Source: a virus
Length of the DNA stretch: 64,000 nt
Virus record (IMG/VR): IMGVR_UViG_3300042450_002433
Coordinates: 1-64,000 of that record
Strand: one strand, 5' to 3'
Shown: positions 1 through 9,535 of the stretch, in pieces
How the letters are laid out: each line of letters starts with the position of its first letter
Numbering within the stretch: the first letter of the stretch is position 1
Program-made: the position numbers and the translations under genes
Notes under the pieces: generated by a model
Seen by the model: only the letters and a program-made list of their open reading frames with translations
What the model was told of the DNA's origin: nothing
The model's database searches: none

Positions 1-746
1 TCCTCAGCATCATCACTATCCTCACCGTCATCCCCATCAGTAGGGTCTGTTGGGACGGACTCGGCATCGGTATCATCTTCGGATTCGGCACCGTCAGGAG
101 AACCTTCATCCCCCTTCTCTTCTTCCTTATCCTTCTGATCCTTAGCCTGTTGCTTGGCGAGATCGTAAATCTCTTTGGACAGTTTGACCACATCGTCCCA
201 TGACGAAGTAGTCGCGACTCGCTGAACCAAACTCAATTCTTCAGCGGTGAAGGGGATGGTCTTGAGCCAACCGATTTTGTATTGTAGATTGATTCGATCA
301 ACGAGCGGAAGTTCAGCAAGATCGGAAATCTTCTTGAGACCAAACAGATCGCGCTCTAGCAGATCGCGGTAACCCGCAACGAATGACTTACGCAAGCCAG
401 GGAAGCGGGTCTTGATCATTCGTTCGATTCGTGCGTCTTCGACCACATTCAAGTAGTCTTTCGCATTCATCATATGCTTCTTGTCAATGTACTCACAGGC
501 AGACATAAGAGGTTCGCGCCCCGCAGGTGTATGCAAGGCATGACTTACTTCATGACCGATGAGAAGATCAAGAGTATCGCTGCTGAGATCTTTCCATACA
601 GGCAGGGTCAAGACTCGCTTCTCCATATCGAACATCGCGGTCTGAGCAGACGGACTATGCTCGACAGTAATGTCTTCGGTAGCCATCAGTTTGGCTAAGA
701 GGTTCTTGGCTTCGAGGTTCGTTGAGGTTGGTAAAGTCATTGTCAT
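1..746 (-). CDS. CobT-like/VWA-associated metallopeptidase of T4-like phages (N-terminal part, truncated by window edge)
   Basis: Not in the ORF track because it has no stop in the window. Manual translation from ATG 746 gives MTMTLPTSTNLEAKNLLAKLMATEDITVEH...AMFDMEKRVLTLPVWK...LLIGHEVSHALHT (HExxH), then LNVVEDARIER and an acidic linker. Divergent from the cobS-like AAA gene. Confidence 0.85.
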   Translation of the reverse strand, partial: MTMTLPTSTNLEAKNLLAKLMATEDITVEHSPSAQTAMFDMEKRVLTLPVWKDLSSDTLDLLIGHEVSHALHTPAGREPLMSACEYIDKKHMMNAKDYLNVVEDARIERMIKTRFPGLRKSFVAGYRDLLERDLFGLKKISDLAELPLVDRINLQYKIGWLKTIPFTAEELSLVQRVATTSSWDDVVKLSKEIYDLAKQQAKDQKDKEEEKGDEGSPDGAESEDDTDAESVPTDPTDGDDGEDSDDAE

Positions 747-770
747 GGGAAGTTCTCTCTTTCTCTTACA

Positions 771-803
771 CTTGAAGTATAGGGTATTCCAATAGAATTG
801 CAA
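771..803 (-). promoter_or_regulatory. sigma70-type promoter for the peptidase gene
   Basis: Reverse strand TTGCAA-ttctattggaataccc(16)-TATACT. Confidence 0.7.
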
Positions 804-981
804 GGCGTTTAGAGCATCTGGATGCCGTTTTCTCAAATATATTTGACTTTCCGTACCCATAACCTTCTCATAGAAATTCCTTAGGGAAAGGTCATGACCC
901 CCCTCTACTATAGGGGAATGCCGTACCCTGTCCGATAACAAATATCTGATACAACTTTCTTACTTTGTGACCCCCTAGGGG

Positions 982-1012
982 TTGAATTTCTATTGGAATA
1001 CCTTATACTTCA
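982..1012 (+). promoter_or_regulatory. sigma70-type promoter for the cobS-like gene
   Basis: TTGAAT-ttctattggaatacct(16)-TATACT, followed by an AAGGA SD and ATG 1036. Confidence 0.7.
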
Positions 1013-1035
1013 GATGTGAAAGAAAGGAACTTTAT

Positions 1036-2280
1036 ATGACGCATCTCACTTCAAAACAAAAAGCATTCGTCTCTGCCGCTCGTAAGGCATATCCGACTGC
1101 TACCGTCTTATCCCGTTCGCAAGTCGAGTCTGTTGCATCAATGGCAGGTTTAAACCTCCCACAATGGCTCACCAACGATCCTGCCTATCGGGCGGGTCGA
1201 GGGTTATATACTCTGCCCGATACGGATGGCGGTACCCCTGCTGCCAAGCCTGTGAAGGTATCAGCACCTGCTGCTGTTGCTCCTCCGACCGATGTTCCCG
1301 TATCGGTGGTCAAGACTGTTTCCGCTACTCCAACTGCCGATATGAGTTTGGCATTTATGGGTGGCGGTACTCTTGTTCCTGAGCGTATGGAAACATATGT
1401 TCCCTTCGGAGCACATAAGGATGTAACCGCAGTGGTGAAGAGTCGCAAGTTCTACCCCGTCTACATTACGGGTCTGAGTGGTAACGGTAAGACAACTACG
1501 ATTGAACAAGCCTGTGCGGAAAACAATCGGGAATTCTTCCGTGTGAACATTACACCCGAAACCTCTGAGGACGATCTGCTTGGTGGATTCCGACTCGTGG
1601 GTGGAGAGACCGTATGGGTTGACGGGCCTGTCATCGTTGCAATGAAGCGTGGCGGCATTCTTCTCCTTGACGAGGTCGATCTCGGTACAGTCAAGATCAT
1701 GTGCTTGCAGCCTGTCCTAGAAGGTAAGGCGATCTTTCTCAAGAAGACCAATACATGGGTCAAGCCTGAAAAGGGATTCAATGTCTTTCTGACGGGTAAC
1801 ACAAAGGGTCGCGGAGACGATACGGGTAAGTTTGTGGGTACGAATTCCATGAATGAAGCCTTTCTTGATCGTGTTCCTGAGACCGTTGAACAGGACTATC
1901 CATCCGAAGTGGTGGAGACAAAGATTGTAAAGGGTGTTCTGAACTACCTCGGTGTTACCGATCAGGATGACTTTGCCGTTGTCATCGTCAAGTGGGCACA
2001 AGCAATTCGTAAGTCTTATGCTGAAGGTGCCGTTGAAGATGTAGTGACTACTCGCCGACTTGTTCAGGCGGCTAATGCACTCGCCATCTACGGTGATCGG
2101 GCTAAGGCGATTGAGAAGGTGACTACTCGGTTCGATGTTGCGACTCGTGCTGCCTTCATCGACCTGTATCAGAAGATGGATGCATCGAATAGTCCGACTG
2201 AGGATATCGCTGCTGCTCCGACTGCTGCTACTCCAAAGAAGAGTGATACTTCTACTGTGAAGGGGAACTGCCCTTTCTAA
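1036..2280 (+). CDS. cobS: CobS/MoxR-like AAA+ ATPase
   Basis: Walker A GLSGNGKT, Walker B LLLDEVD, TGNTKGRG, NEAFLDR and TTRRLV motifs typical of T4-like phage CobS. Start moved to ATG 1036 after the SD. Confidence 0.9.
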   Translation: MTHLTSKQKAFVSAARKAYPTATVLSRSQVESVASMAGLNLPQWLTNDPAYRAGRGLYTLPDTDGGTPAAKPVKVSAPAAVAPPTDVPVSVVKTVSATPTADMSLAFMGGGTLVPERMETYVPFGAHKDVTAVVKSRKFYPVYITGLSGNGKTTTIEQACAENNREFFRVNITPETSEDDLLGGFRLVGGETVWVDGPVIVAMKRGGILLLDEVDLGTVKIMCLQPVLEGKAIFLKKTNTWVKPEKGFNVFLTGNTKGRGDDTGKFVGTNSMNEAFLDRVPETVEQDYPSEVVETKIVKGVLNYLGVTDQDDFAVVIVKWAQAIRKSYAEGAVEDVVTTRRLVQAANALAIYGDRAKAIEKVTTRFDVATRAAFIDLYQKMDASNSPTEDIAAAPTAATPKKSDTSTVKGNCPF

Positions 2281-2328
2281 GTATGGGATATGTGTTGTGA
2301 TGCTTCGTTAACAATCTTTCTTTCATGT

Positions 2329-2362
2329 AAGCCCCTGCCTCTCTATGAGTGGTGGGGGTTTT
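2329..2362 (+). terminator. intrinsic terminator
   Basis: GCCCCTGCC-loop-GGTGGGGGT hairpin followed by a T run. Confidence 0.6.
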
Positions 2363-2751
2363 CTTATATGAGAGTTGTAGAAAAATTATGGAAATAGTTT
2401 TGAAATATGTCGGCCCACTTTATAATTCTGCGGTACATGCCATGGAGCCTCGGTGTGGCGAAGACCCCCCCTACCCTTGTATGCCGAATCCAATTCCAAT
2501 TTCCCAATGCCCCATATCCCCCTTCTCTCCCAATACACTTACAGGTTCCCCAAAACACATACAGGAATACTTCTTTATCCCAAAACATATACAGAGAGGT
2601 TCTCCCATCAAAACAAAGTGGCCCCCCCCACCCCCTTTCCCTTTTCATATTTCGGTATTCCCCATTTTCAAAAAAATTTCCCGATGGCCACAGAGCCTTT
2701 TACAGGTCGAGGCCGATGTGCCCCTTGTGAATTGCATAGGACTATAGTATA

Positions 2752-2758
2752 CTAAATA
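2752..2758 (+). promoter_or_regulatory. T4-late-like promoter (CTAAATA)
   Basis: The TAAATA core recurs just before genes at ~2752, 6208, 11626, 13303, 17826, 18978, 21869, 23272, 26201, 27455, 29966, 31350, 33787, 34931, 41890, 57466, 61800 and 62127. The T4 gp55 consensus is TATAAATA. Confidence 0.7.
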
Positions 2759-2763
2759 CCATC

Positions 2764-3894
2764 ATGAAAAACTTCAACGAAAATTGGGACGGCAGACTTC
2801 CCCGCAAGAACAACAACACCAACGGCATCAATACTCTCTCCGAGGCATCTCAGCAAGTCATCGGTAAGTATCGCTTTACTCCCTTTATGGAGGACACGAA
2901 TAGTGAAGGTGTTGCAGGATGGACGATCAGCATTCAGAACAAGGGAGTGGTTGCATATATTGCAGAACCTAAGATTAAATCAGGCACCTCACCCTATCAG
3001 ATCTTTCGTACCAAAGGCTTATCCTTCAAGAATTTCTTTCCAGGGGAACTGAAGATGTCGGCATACCCTGGCAAAGAGAACCGAGTTGTCAGCGAGAAGG
3101 AGATTCGTTTTGTTCCCCGTCAGTTGCTCAAGGCTGTTGCCATGTGGATGGACAAGTATGGCACCAAGGCATTGACAGAGATGCTGACACCCGCACAACC
3201 TATCATCGAGGCACATGACGATCTGACGGGGTATTACGATGGTGCGCGTGGTGGTGGCGGTGCAGGAAATGCAAAGTACTTGGATAAGGCAATTGCAGAT
3301 TTTGCAAAAGATATGAAGGCTCTTGCAGCAAAAGGCGATCCTCGTAAAGATCTCAAAGCATTCAAGGCATATATTCCAATCATTCACAAGATTGAGTATG
3401 GAATGGATGCAGGTGGCGGGTTGACATGGCCATATGAAACATCAACGGGCAAGACCAAGGCATCGTTCCTTAAGGGATTCTCTCCTGAACAGAAGAAGGC
3501 AGATAAGGCTCTCCGTAGCATCTCGACATGGTGGTCGCAGTCGGGTCTTCAAAGAATCACTCCAAGATCAGAGAAGATTTGGAATGACGGATGGAATAGT
3601 TATAGAAAGTATATGGGTGAACGGGTCACAGAGGAGACAGCCGCAGCGGACGGGGCGCAGTCCCTTGACGAAGTGCAGTTCATCACCCCGAAGGTGCCAT
3701 TGACGGGCGGCAGCAACACCAAAGAGAAGACTGATTACAAACTATATGTCGAACTCAAAGATGTTGTAAATGATGTAATCAAGAAATTGGAACAGGCAGA
3801 ATCAATGATTCGAAGTCCAAGTAAGAATTCCAATCTGAGCATCTTGCAGACAGTTACTCAGGCAAAGCAGAAACTCAAGATCGCGGTCAAGTAA
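2764..3894 (+). CDS. hypothetical late protein, probable internal head protein (multi-module)
   Basis: Late promoter; N-terminus MKNFNENWDG shared with the next gene; internal LxE/IxE linkers. Confidence 0.7.
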   Translation: MKNFNENWDGRLPRKNNNTNGINTLSEASQQVIGKYRFTPFMEDTNSEGVAGWTISIQNKGVVAYIAEPKIKSGTSPYQIFRTKGLSFKNFFPGELKMSAYPGKENRVVSEKEIRFVPRQLLKAVAMWMDKYGTKALTEMLTPAQPIIEAHDDLTGYYDGARGGGGAGNAKYLDKAIADFAKDMKALAAKGDPRKDLKAFKAYIPIIHKIEYGMDAGGGLTWPYETSTGKTKASFLKGFSPEQKKADKALRSISTWWSQSGLQRITPRSEKIWNDGWNSYRKYMGERVTEETAAADGAQSLDEVQFITPKVPLTGGSNTKEKTDYKLYVELKDVVNDVIKKLEQAESMIRSPSKNSNLSILQTVTQAKQKLKIAVK

Positions 3895-3904
3895 AAGGAA
3901 CTAT

Positions 3905-4468
3905 ATGAAACAGTTCAATAAGAATTGGGATGGTGTTCATCACAACCACATCGCCGAGGCAATGGCACAGTATGAGGCGAATAAGGCAATGACACATTAT
4001 GAGGCGAATAGTCGTTTCCCCATGAGTAATATTGGTAATGTTGGAAATCTAGGTAGAGTCAGCATGGGGAGTCCTATGGGAACTCCTGCTAAGGAGGATA
4101 CTTCTAATTCGGAAGCCAATGCAAAGACCTTTGTTGAGATTCTCTGTCAGCGAACAGGCAAGACGGGTATGGTCTTTCGTCTGATGACCGCAGGACATCC
4201 GATGCATTTCCTTCAGATGGAAACCATCCCCACAAAGAACGGTGAGACAGAGCAGTCTTGGTATGTGTTCTTTGAGATGAAGAACTTTAATGGTGGACTT
4301 GCAGATAAGACGATGGCAGGGCGAGGAACCTTTGTACGGCGCAATGATAGTGCAAATTGGACGGATATGATGTTCGCCGTTCAGAGTGTTTCTATGGCAC
4401 GAACAAAGTGGGATACTCTAAGGAAGTCCGCAGTATGGGACAAGACCATGGCTACGGGTAGGGTTTAA
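3905..4468 (+). CDS. hypothetical late protein
   Basis: SD AAGGA; N-terminus MKQFNKNWDG. Confidence 0.7.
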   Translation: MKQFNKNWDGVHHNHIAEAMAQYEANKAMTHYEANSRFPMSNIGNVGNLGRVSMGSPMGTPAKEDTSNSEANAKTFVEILCQRTGKTGMVFRLMTAGHPMHFLQMETIPTKNGETEQSWYVFFEMKNFNGGLADKTMAGRGTFVRRNDSANWTDMMFAVQSVSMARTKWDTLRKSAVWDKTMATGRV

Positions 4469-4492
4469 ATTAACTTTAAGGAAACAGGAAAC

Positions 4493-4972
4493 ATGACAGA
4501 CTCAAATGCATCTCGTATTCGTTCTTTGACAGAAGCCGCTAACAGCATCACCAACCCTATCACGGAAGCACGAACAAGTCCCAAAGAGCATGAATGGCTT
4601 TCGGACATGAAGGCTAAGGATGTTGCTGCCATTGGTAAACTGCTCAAGAGCAAGGACACAAAGGGACTAGAACAGTATCTTATCTCCAACTATTTGATGC
4701 ATCGTGATGGTACGGCATATGGCAAGAACCTTGACCGAAGTGCAATCGAAATCATCAAGCGTTCATTTGCTGATGTTCATGAAGAGGTTCAAGTCGAAGA
4801 AGTCGAGACTGTTGAGGAAGCAGTTGCCATCGACAAGAACATGAACATCAAGGCAATGGTTGCTGTCTTGAAGGATATTTCCGATGCCCTCATGGGTAAG
4901 AATGTTGTGACCCAACGCGAACGCTTGAAGGCTATTACTCAGGTATTGGCATCGAAGCGCGGTTTCATGTAA
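4493..4972 (+). CDS. hypothetical late protein
   Basis: SD AGGA; Glu-rich linker EEVQVEEVETVEEA. Confidence 0.7.
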   Translation: MTDSNASRIRSLTEAANSITNPITEARTSPKEHEWLSDMKAKDVAAIGKLLKSKDTKGLEQYLISNYLMHRDGTAYGKNLDRSAIEIIKRSFADVHEEVQVEEVETVEEAVAIDKNMNIKAMVAVLKDISDALMGKNVVTQRERLKAITQVLASKRGFM

Positions 4973-4992
4973 TTTAACCTTTAAGGAAACAA

Positions 4993-5433
4993 GTGAAATC
5001 CTTTTCTTGCTATAGCATGGCAGAAGCCATCGGTAACACTCTCTACCTTGTTCGTGGTCTTCCAGGTTCAGGGAAGTCTACCTATGCAAAGACACTTGTA
5101 CCAACAGGGGCGCACTTTGAAGCCGATCAGTATTTCATGAAGGGTCAGAAGTATAACTTCGATCCCACAAAGTTAAAGGATGCCCATGCCGAGTGCCTTG
5201 CTCGTACACGCAAGGCAATGAATAGTGGCAATCATAAGATTGTTGCCGTATCCAATACCTTCACGATGAAGTGGGAGATGCAACCATACATCGACCTTGC
5301 AAAGTCTCTTGGATGGACGGTGCATGTTGTTCGCACAACGGGCAAATACCAATCCATTCATGGTGTTCCTCAGGATGCCATTGACCGAATGCAAAGTCGA
5401 TTCGAACCCTTTGCAGGAGAAGTGATCAAGTGA
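4993..5433 (+). CDS. P-loop kinase/ATPase (AAA_33, polynucleotide-kinase-like) with CTS-like leader
   Basis: LYLVRGLPGSGKST, EADQYF, VSNTF and HGVP motifs. Confidence 0.85.
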   Translation: MKSFSCYSMAEAIGNTLYLVRGLPGSGKSTYAKTLVPTGAHFEADQYFMKGQKYNFDPTKLKDAHAECLARTRKAMNSGNHKIVAVSNTFTMKWEMQPYIDLAKSLGWTVHVVRTTGKYQSIHGVPQDAIDRMQSRFEPFAGEVIK

Positions 5434-5726
5434 AATCATTCGCTGACTATCTCTCCGAAGGCTCACATAGTTTCAAGGACTTCAAGGATCCATGGGCTAT
5501 CATGTCTCCCGAGGATCGCAAGGAAGCGAACCGCCTGACCATACTGATCTTGAAGGTGATGCCGAGTTCACCGAGGCAGAAGGAACTCCAAGCCAAGCGG
5601 GATGTGATATTCAAGAAGTATAAGATCGGCGAGGATTGGACAAAGGAATACAAGGGTTCCATTAACTGTAACAATCCAAAGGGTTTCTCTCAACGAGCGC
5701 ATTGTCAAGGAAAGAAGAAGCGATGA
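5430..5726 (+). CDS. small late protein with CTS-like leader and C-terminal INCxNPKGFSQxAHC motif
   Basis: MKSFADYLSE; overlapping start/stop with both neighbours. Confidence 0.7.
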   Translation: MKSFADYLSEGSHSFKDFKDPWAIMSPEDRKEANRLTILILKVMPSSPRQKELQAKRDVIFKKYKIGEDWTKEYKGSINCNNPKGFSQRAHCQGKKKR

Positions 5727-6211
5727 AGACCTATGCCGAACTAATAGACTTGCTCGAACTCTTCAACGAGCCATTCACCTTTGCGAAAGAATGGTCTGAT
5801 GGATATTCAATCGGGTATGAGTACAAAGGAGCAAAGGGTGGATTACTTGAAGTGACCTTTGGACTACAACCTGATACGGCGATTGTTAATTTTACTGTTA
5901 ATGATAGTATTGCTATTCGCGGTGAAGGAGATGCACCGCGAGTGTTTGCTTCGGTGATGGATGCATTCAAAAGATTCCTTGCGAAAAGGCAACCCAAGTA
6001 TTTGGTATTCAGCGCAAACAAGGCAGACTATGATTTGAAGAATCAGACACGCCGATCCACATCAAGACCGCGTGTTTATGGTGCGATGATCAAGCGACTT
6101 GCCCCACAGTTTGGATATAAGTTAAAGCAAGAAAAAGATGTTACGGATCGTGATGCCTTTGGCGGTAACTATGACTCTAGCACCTTTATCCTGCAAAAAA
6201 CAAAGAGATAA
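5723..6211 (+). CDS. hypothetical protein, paralog family A (CTS-like leader)
   Basis: ATG 5723 overlaps the upstream stop; MKTYAELIDLLELF; shares motifs with 9050 and 12043. Confidence 0.75.
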   Translation: MKTYAELIDLLELFNEPFTFAKEWSDGYSIGYEYKGAKGGLLEVTFGLQPDTAIVNFTVNDSIAIRGEGDAPRVFASVMDAFKRFLAKRQPKYLVFSANKADYDLKNQTRRSTSRPRVYGAMIKRLAPQFGYKLKQEKDVTDRDAFGGNYDSSTFILQKTKR

Positions 6212-6220
6212 ATACTTGCC

Positions 6221-7126
6221 GTGAAGACCTACTTCCAACTCATTGAGGCAATTAAGCCCAAGCCTAGCAAGCCATTTACATTTCGTCTGCTCCCTGCCAA
6301 GCCGTGGACGATCTGTGATGTGTTGGCAAGCCCTACCCCCAAAGGTCTCATTACGATCTGCAAAGAAGGGGCTGAGGTATTCTATGACTCCGACCTGAAG
6401 ATGTTTGATGTCAATAAACTTCTAACCAATTATCCTGCATGGGTGAGACAGTTAGAAAAATACGGCTGGGCAATGGGTAATTTTTTCGATCTACAGGGAT
6501 CGCAGAAGATGTCTTATGTTTCCAAGATATTAGAAATGGCTGCGTGTAAAAATCGCGCCGAATGGACATACTGGACAGGTGGAAAAGTATATCGTGGACT
6601 TGGAAAAACCCCTGCCGATCTCAAGAACTATTCCTATACGGGGGAACACCTGAAAGCAGTTGGGGAAGATTGGCTCATCGGATCCACCACCTATAAGAGT
6701 AAATATGATATTCAGTCTTGGACTCCGAATATTAAAATTGGTGCTCGATTCGCAACATCTGCCGAAGACAACATCAACAAGAAAAACAGTATGTCCGCAA
6801 TGATAGAACTCGATATAGATCGATCAGATACATTTCTATCTCCACAGGTTATTCGTAAACTTTCAGAGTATCCTGGAGAAGACGAGGTATTGCGAGTAAA
6901 GAACAATGCTGTTCCTGTTGTGATTTATATCAGGCTAAAGGATATATTGTTCCATCTACAAACCAAGACTCCAAAGAATATACAGGGCAACGAGGATACC
7001 CATCTCCCATATATGATTAAACTTTTCGAAGGACTGATGGGATCTGCGAATGCCAAGAAGTTACTAGCCAATCCAACCGTATTTGCACAGATCAAAAAAC
7101 TAGTTAAATTTGATGTCAAACCCTAA
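6221..7126 (+). CDS. putative ADP-ribosyltransferase (R-S-E class) with CTS-like leader
   Basis: VYRG ... QSWT ... GEDEVL spacing matches the ART R-S-ExE triad; late promoter. Confidence 0.65.
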   Translation: MKTYFQLIEAIKPKPSKPFTFRLLPAKPWTICDVLASPTPKGLITICKEGAEVFYDSDLKMFDVNKLLTNYPAWVRQLEKYGWAMGNFFDLQGSQKMSYVSKILEMAACKNRAEWTYWTGGKVYRGLGKTPADLKNYSYTGEHLKAVGEDWLIGSTTYKSKYDIQSWTPNIKIGARFATSAEDNINKKNSMSAMIELDIDRSDTFLSPQVIRKLSEYPGEDEVLRVKNNAVPVVIYIRLKDILFHLQTKTPKNIQGNEDTHLPYMIKLFEGLMGSANAKKLLANPTVFAQIKKLVKFDVKP

Positions 7127-7677
7127 TGAAGACCTACTTCCAACTCCTCCTTAGTATTAAAGAAGCCACCGCTGCACCTGTAGAGGTATCAGTTGGCAAG
7201 CGTAGTTGGGAGCAGTTGAGACAGGAGTTGCAACAGTTACTTGGTAGCGGAAGAAAACCAACCTATGCCGACATTGGTCACATCCCAGTTGAGAAGAAGC
7301 ACTACTCCATCTATGGAATCAAGAAGAAACTTCCTGTTCCATTTGAACTGTGGTGGACGGACGATGGCTCGACCATCAACAGAAAAAAGTCGGCAGGAGG
7401 TGGTGATGAGTTCCTAATGCACGGTGTTGCAGGAAAGACAGGACTGAATGGTTTTCTCAAGACCGTTGGTGGAGATCAGTCTCGCTACAAGGGACGCATC
7501 GATCATGAGCGCAAGGCAGTAACTGTGGTATTTGGCGGGGCATATGATTACAACAGCATTCTGCGTATGCGGGCATTGGAGAAGGGTATCCCCAATATCA
7601 TTCGCAAAATGAAACAGTTGTATCCCAACTATGCTCTGCACTATTGGGATACTGATGGGAAGGTGCAGTCACTATGA
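7126..7677 (+). CDS. hypothetical protein with CTS-like leader
   Basis: MKTYFQLLLSIKEA; coupled to the upstream gene. Confidence 0.7.
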   Translation: MKTYFQLLLSIKEATAAPVEVSVGKRSWEQLRQELQQLLGSGRKPTYADIGHIPVEKKHYSIYGIKKKLPVPFELWWTDDGSTINRKKSAGGGDEFLMHGVAGKTGLNGFLKTVGGDQSRYKGRIDHERKAVTVVFGGAYDYNSILRMRALEKGIPNIIRKMKQLYPNYALHYWDTDGKVQSL

Positions 7678-9047
7678 AAACCTTCACAGAACTTATGGGA
7701 GAGATCCTACTCGAACGAGAACTCGACCGCCCAATGCGTGAGGCGGCGGGTCGTTCTTTTGATAAGTTCAAAAAGAACATCATGAGTGTTCTTCGTAAAT
7801 CGGTGAATGACTGTGCGAAAAATTTTCACAATACAGTTGATTTTAGACCATGGGGTGGAATAGGACGAGCATCAGCCACATCGTATCTGGTCAGTAGCAT
7901 ACAGAACAATCAACCATCATCTTATAAACTACGCCTGTACTTTGCGGATAAGTATGCAATCCTTACTTACTCTGTAGTGGACGAATCGCAGATTGTTCTT
8001 CCTTCGAATATTTCGATGAGTGCCTATAAACAAAATGTGCACAAGAGTAATATGCCATTATTGCTTAAGATTGAGTTGCTTGGTTCCTTTGGTGATTTTA
8101 AGGGATCGTATTTTTCAGGAAAGACATCTCAGGGAAACCCACTTGTTCAACTCGCGGGTATGAGTTCACTTCGACATGATGGAGGACATCCCTTTGAGGA
8201 AGCACTCATCGAATTCATCGATGGCAAGAAGGCAGGAAAATCAGCACAGGCACTCGTCCGTCCACTAAACAAGTGGCTTGATAAATTTGAGACAGAACTA
8301 TCTCATCTTCGTGATACCTATGTGCATGAGTTCATCCATCTGTTCGATGACTTTCGATATAAGTCAAAGACTAGTCATCCTGGAAACATCATGCGCGGAA
8401 TTAAATCTTCTCATGATAAGACAGACCTTTACAAGAAGGACTATTACATTAGTGATGCAGAGTGGAATGCATTCTTCCAAGGTGCTGCATCCTCAGTTGA
8501 GAATGCCATTGCTTCTTTCCTGATTGCAGCAACGAATGAACAGGCTGCGATAAAGGCATATAGATTCAACAAGAACTTTAACACGATGACTAATGGAGCG
8601 AAGTGCAAGGAAGTGGGCGACATCGTAATTCAAGATCTTTGGCGCAAGTTTGATGACAACCTTACAGAGCCATGGATATGGGAACACCTAAAGAATATGG
8701 GTATCGACAAACTTGGGCAAGGCAACATCCCTACCTTCTGCATGGCATTCGTATCATGGAAAGCATATAGCACAAGCAAATACTTCCTTGAAGATCCTGC
8801 GAAGAGGAAGAAGTTCTTGCTTCGCATCATGTCATTCACTCAAGACATTCGCAACATCATTGAGGAATACAGAGTTCGCATGAGTCAGGGAAAGATTCCT
8901 ACTGTTCAAGAGTTCAATCGCTCTAAGGCACAGTTTAGCCGCAAAGGGGATCCAACAAAAACGCATGACATATATTCACATCTCTATAGTGGACTGATGA
9001 TTGGCAAGAAGCCGTTTGATCCTACAGCAGTAGTAAAGGAATGGTAA
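7674..9047 (+). CDS. putative zincin metallopeptidase-domain protein with CTS-like leader
   Basis: YVHEFIHLFD (HExxH) with downstream YY..DAEWNAF (third ligand E). Confidence 0.6.
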   Translation: MKTFTELMGEILLERELDRPMREAAGRSFDKFKKNIMSVLRKSVNDCAKNFHNTVDFRPWGGIGRASATSYLVSSIQNNQPSSYKLRLYFADKYAILTYSVVDESQIVLPSNISMSAYKQNVHKSNMPLLLKIELLGSFGDFKGSYFSGKTSQGNPLVQLAGMSSLRHDGGHPFEEALIEFIDGKKAGKSAQALVRPLNKWLDKFETELSHLRDTYVHEFIHLFDDFRYKSKTSHPGNIMRGIKSSHDKTDLYKKDYYISDAEWNAFFQGAASSVENAIASFLIAATNEQAAIKAYRFNKNFNTMTNGAKCKEVGDIVIQDLWRKFDDNLTEPWIWEHLKNMGIDKLGQGNIPTFCMAFVSWKAYSTSKYFLEDPAKRKKFLLRIMSFTQDIRNIIEEYRVRMSQGKIPTVQEFNRSKAQFSRKGDPTKTHDIYSHLYSGLMIGKKPFDPTAVVKEW

Positions 9048-9049
9048 AG

Positions 9050-9535
9050 ATGAAATCATTCCGTCAACATCTTCACGAAATATTCAACTCCACTCCTATC
9101 CCATTAACAATGGTGAAGACACCGCTACACATGAACAGCGGTGGTGTAGTGTGGTACGGAAACTGGTCGGTGAATGGAAAGCCTCATTTGTTTGAAGCAT
9201 ATGGTCGCCCTATCAGATCCGATGATGAGGTTACGGGTTGGGTGTTTGGATTTACTGTTGATGACGAGGCTTCTGCACCACCTAATCAGGAAGCAGCGAT
9301 GAAATCTGAAACAGGACGAATATTCGCAACAGCCCTTGAGGCTCTTCGGCAACTTGTCAAAGAATATAGTCCAAAGATGATTCGTTTTACGGCAGCAAAA
9401 GAAAGAAAGAAAAATGATTCCCGTGTTCGCCTGTATAATTCTATGGTAAAGCGATTTGCAGGACAGCACGGATATAGATTAAAGGATCAGTCGGAGGATC
9501 AATTCGTCCAACTATATGTACTGGTAAAGCAATGA
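9050..9535 (+). CDS. hypothetical protein, paralog family A (CTS-like leader)
   Basis: MKSFRQHLHEIF; RIFAT...P..I.FTA.K...SRVRLY..MVKR. Confidence 0.75.
   Translation: MKSFRQHLHEIFNSTPIPLTMVKTPLHMNSGGVVWYGNWSVNGKPHLFEAYGRPIRSDDEVTGWVFGFTVDDEASAPPNQEAAMKSETGRIFATALEALRQLVKEYSPKMIRFTAAKERKKNDSRVRLYNSMVKRFAGQHGYRLKDQSEDQFVQLYVLVKQ

Noticed and set aside
474-698. + strand 74-aa ORF
   Set aside because: Antisense shadow of the minus-strand HExxH peptidase gene (1-746).
2349-2755. Four overlapping ORFs (94-132 aa)
   Set aside because: Low-complexity Pro-rich translations with no SD; they arise from C-rich non-coding DNA.
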